A DNA stretch of 64,000 bases from Candidatus Algichlamydia australiensis (lineage in GTDB: Bacteria; Chlamydiota; Chlamydiia; Chlamydiales; JAJFMI01): the NCBI GenBank assembly GCA_033977065.1, contig JAXCHI010000004.1:256001-320000 (forward strand), given 5' to 3'. Positions 61,245-64,000 of this stretch are shown piece by piece. A program made the position numbers and the translations under genes. Numbering within the stretch: the stretch's first letter is position 1; each line of letters opens with the position of its first letter. The notes under the pieces were generated by a model, which saw only the letters and a list, made by a program, of their open reading frames with translations, made no database searches and was not told where the DNA came from.

Positions 61245-61793
61245 ATGGCAGAAGTAGATCTATCAGAAAACTCTATTCATTTAAAAAACCCTCCTTTTTG
61301 GGAACAAGAGAGGGTGAGCATTTATACAGAGAATGAGTGGAGGGTTGTTATAGGAGCAATTATTTCACTATTTTCTCTTAGTATCAGCGGAGCGAGTTTC
61401 TATAAGTATAAAAAAACAGTTCCTTTTCAAAATATAAAATATTTATATATATCTATTTCAGTTATAGCACTTATTTCGTCACTCTCTGTTGCTTTGATTG
61501 CAGCAATCAAGTTTTATACATTAAAAAAATGGGAGAGTGAATCAACCAGATATTTAAATAAATATTCTGAATTGGCACGCACGATTTCATTTGTAACAAA
61601 GAACTCTTATAAGGGCATCTTTGATGAGTTACATAAATGTAATTTCGAGAAAGAAATTCTCTATGCCAATGAATGGGATCTCAAAAATAAAACACAAGTT
61701 GGTCCCTTTCGCCGTTACTGGAATTGGATAAATGCCAGGCGTTATCCCTACCACACAGGGAGACCAAGCTGGGGGGAAAATGGAAGCGTTTAA
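61245..61793 (+). CDS. Hypothetical protein with two TM segments (Inc-like), AT-rich
   Basis: Two hydrophobic helices separated by a short basic loop. Confidence 0.55.
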   Translation: MAEVDLSENSIHLKNPPFWEQERVSIYTENEWRVVIGAIISLFSLSISGASFYKYKKTVPFQNIKYLYISISVIALISSLSVALIAAIKFYTLKKWESESTRYLNKYSELARTISFVTKNSYKGIFDELHKCNFEKEILYANEWDLKNKTQVGPFRRYWNWINARRYPYHTGRPSWGENGSV

Positions 61794-62421
61794 AAAATTC
61801 ATCTCTGTTGCCAGGACTTTGAATAGTCCAGGTGGCTGTCCTTGGGATTTAAAGCAGACATTTAAATCTCTGCAAAAGCATTTGATGGAAGAGTCGCAAG
61901 AGCTTTTAGAAGCAGTTGATAGCGATGATGATAGCGAGATTATTGAAGAGTTGGCAGATGTTTTCTATATTGTAATTTTTTACTGTCTGATTGCTGAAAG
62001 AGAAGGACGTTTCACTTTTGATGATGTATGCGACCATGAATGCGATAAGTTAGTTCGACGCCATCCCCATGTTTTTGGCGAAAAAAAGGCAGGAGATGCG
62101 GAAGAGGCAGTAGAGCGTTGGAACGAAATGAAAGCGCAAGAGCAGAAACAGAAAGCACGAAAAAGTGCTCTTGACGGCATACCCAAGGGCATGGACTTGC
62201 TAATGCGTGGTCAGAAAGTGATGGAAAAAATTACCCGTCACAATTTAGAACACCTTCTTCCGAATAAAGAGCCAGATGAAGTGACAGAAGAGGGGATTGG
62301 AGAGAGCCTTGTTCGCTTGGTTTTTCTTGGTCATCGGCATGGGTTTGATGTGGCAAGCAGTATGAGGCGCGCACTAAAAACTTATGAAAATGCATTTAGA
62401 TCCTGGGAAGAAAATTCTTGA
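61780..62421 (+). CDS. mazG: MazG nucleotide pyrophosphohydrolase
   Basis: GCPWD-x-KQT, EEL-x-D, KLVRRHPHVFG motifs. Confidence 0.93.
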   Translation: MEAFKKFISVARTLNSPGGCPWDLKQTFKSLQKHLMEESQELLEAVDSDDDSEIIEELADVFYIVIFYCLIAEREGRFTFDDVCDHECDKLVRRHPHVFGEKKAGDAEEAVERWNEMKAQEQKQKARKSALDGIPKGMDLLMRGQKVMEKITRHNLEHLLPNKEPDEVTEEGIGESLVRLVFLGHRHGFDVASSMRRALKTYENAFRSWEENS

Positions 62422-62438
62422 TCGATTACAGTCTAGTC

Positions 62439-63383
62439 ATGCGCCGCATTCTATTTTTGGCCCTAATTTTTGCCGTTCCTATTTTTTCAAGCCAGCATGG
62501 TGATCTGCCCCATCATGTTCTTTTCGAAGCTGATGTTGTCTACTTTGAGCGGGATAATGTACCGCCACGCTGCTTTGTTCAGGAAGAAAATAGCGGCCAG
62601 TGTGCCATCTCTGCAGATAATCTAGTTGATGAGTTTGGACACAACCCCGGCCTACGTGCCCTTATGAACATCATGCCCAACTTAGACTCTACTTGGCAAT
62701 TTGCTTTTCTAGGATTTTTCCGTTGGGACCGCAATAAGGGTACCACATCAGTTGGAAATCTGGAAATGCCGCTTAACATTTCCACAAATGATTATGTCGA
62801 TGCTGACTCTGCTAATGTTCGTTACTTGAGCAAACTCGACACAGGGGAGATCAACTACATACGTCACATCACCCCACAGCGCATCAATTACTTCTCCCTC
62901 TCTTACATTGCTGGTTTGCGTTTTGTCTACGAGAGTGAATACGCGCGTATTCGCTTTAACAAAGATGAGCGCACAAGTGAGTACTGGGCAAAGACTTGGA
63001 ATCGCCTCTACGGTTTTCAGTTTGGCGGACTCTTTGAGATCAATCCTGAAGATTGGATCACCTTTGGCTTGCGTGGCAAGTGGGGGTTAATGGGCAACTT
63101 TGGACACCAAAACTCTGTGATGCGCGACTTCAATGACACAAAGACCTTGCGCGATCACGATCATGGCGCTTTTAATCTCTCCTGGGAGGGAGAGGGAGCC
63201 TTCGATTTGACCATCTACTTCTTTAAGCGCATGCGTCTCCATGGGAGCTGGGAAGTATTCTATCTCTCAGATATCGCAACAGCTTTCAGCCAGTTTGGTC
63301 AGACTTCTAGCGGCAGTGACATTAAAAACAACGATGATGTGCTCTACCACGGCTGGTCGGTCGGGTTAGGCATCGAATTCTAA
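62439..63383 (+). CDS. Putative outer-membrane beta-barrel (porin-like)
   Basis: Signal peptide; amphipathic strands; C-terminal 'HGWSVGLGIEF'. Confidence 0.65.
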   Translation: MRRILFLALIFAVPIFSSQHGDLPHHVLFEADVVYFERDNVPPRCFVQEENSGQCAISADNLVDEFGHNPGLRALMNIMPNLDSTWQFAFLGFFRWDRNKGTTSVGNLEMPLNISTNDYVDADSANVRYLSKLDTGEINYIRHITPQRINYFSLSYIAGLRFVYESEYARIRFNKDERTSEYWAKTWNRLYGFQFGGLFEINPEDWITFGLRGKWGLMGNFGHQNSVMRDFNDTKTLRDHDHGAFNLSWEGEGAFDLTIYFFKRMRLHGSWEVFYLSDIATAFSQFGQTSSGSDIKNNDDVLYHGWSVGLGIEF

Positions 63384-63395
63384 GAAGATTTTTTT

Positions 63396-63511
63396 CGGGT
63401 CCATCTCGCTGCGCCAAATCAAAAAACAGTCGCTAAGCCGTGTAATTACACTGTCATAGCGGCTGTTTTTTGATTTTGCTTTGCGATATGAACCCGCTAG
63501 GCCGCTTCGCG
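63396..63511. repeat. ~115-bp hairpin repeat, family Q, copy 2
   Basis: GTGT-AATT-ACAC apex, identical 18-nt tail CCGCTAGGCCGCTTCGCG; homologous to 44873-44989. Confidence 0.85.
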
Positions 63512-63527
63512 TTGCTTTTTGGGGAAG

Positions 63528-63944
63528 CTAGTACTTTGTAGGTTTCATTTTAACATATAGATGTAACTTACTACCATCAGCCTCATCACGCTTTTCATAC
63601 GCTCGTTTATAGTCATTTCGAATCCAATTAAACATATTTATCAAAAAATAATCATAATCCCCGTATTCAAGAACCATATCTTTTGTCTTGTCTTTACCAA
63701 GGATTGTGACTGTTTCAAAAACTTTCCTGCTCTGGATACAATAAGAATTTGTTGGAGGTGGCATTCCTAGAAACCTAGAACCCGCTTCTGTAGGAGCTTT
63801 TGTTAGCAATAGTTTTTCTGCACTAATTTTAAATAGATAACCTAACTGCACTATCTTGAATTCTATTTCGACTTTGTTGTCTCCAAGGTCTTCATGGGGT
63901 TTAGTAAATGGTTTTGTGTCATTAAATAGTTTTGTGGCATTCAT
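63528..63944 (-). CDS. Hypothetical protein (AT-rich)
   Basis: AGGAGG RBS; no recognised domain. Confidence 0.55.
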   Translation of the reverse strand: MNATKLFNDTKPFTKPHEDLGDNKVEIEFKIVQLGYLFKISAEKLLLTKAPTEAGSRFLGMPPPTNSYCIQSRKVFETVTILGKDKTKDMVLEYGDYDYFLINMFNWIRNDYKRAYEKRDEADGSKLHLYVKMKPTKY

Positions 63945-64000
63945 GGCTTTCCCTCCTTTGCAACATCTTAATAAAAAAATATATCAAAGTGAGAGTTTTA

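Noticed and set aside
63528..63536. CTAGTACT resembling the P2 terminus
   Set aside because: Explained by the K-Y-stop codons of ORF 63528..63944; no partner arm.

Overview
This is a 64-kb chromosomal segment from a member of the phylum Chlamydiota, probably an environmental, Simkaniaceae/Parachlamydiales-like lineage. The assignment rests on chlamydia-type gene order: groEL-groES/pepF with a CIRCE element, ihf...accA-msbA-dnaQ, pdhABC, lpxD-ompH-bamA-recR-fabH-fabD-fabG-acpP, trxB/acpS and ssb-pepA. Accessory content includes a HigBA toxin-antitoxin pair, a membrane-anchored coiled-coil protein with 15 x 51-bp repeats, three Inc-like paralogues behind acpP (with a duplicated acpP 3' fragment), potABCD, several beta-barrel/lipoprotein ORFans, a sphingomyelinase-like EEP enzyme and a GT9 glycosyltransferase. 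The most striking unexplained structure is non-coding. Five long imperfect palindromes of almost identical length (162-164 bp) have unrelated arm sequences, and four of them share an AACT-N6/7-AGTT apex. They sit mostly at gene boundaries, and two supply the stop codon of the neighbouring gene. Short apparent collapsed versions also occur, as do a second ~115-bp hairpin family in two copies with compensatory base changes and a twin-hairpin element. No transposase, integrase, rRNA, tRNA or CRISPR array was recognised. All product calls come from motif recognition and synteny, not database searches.
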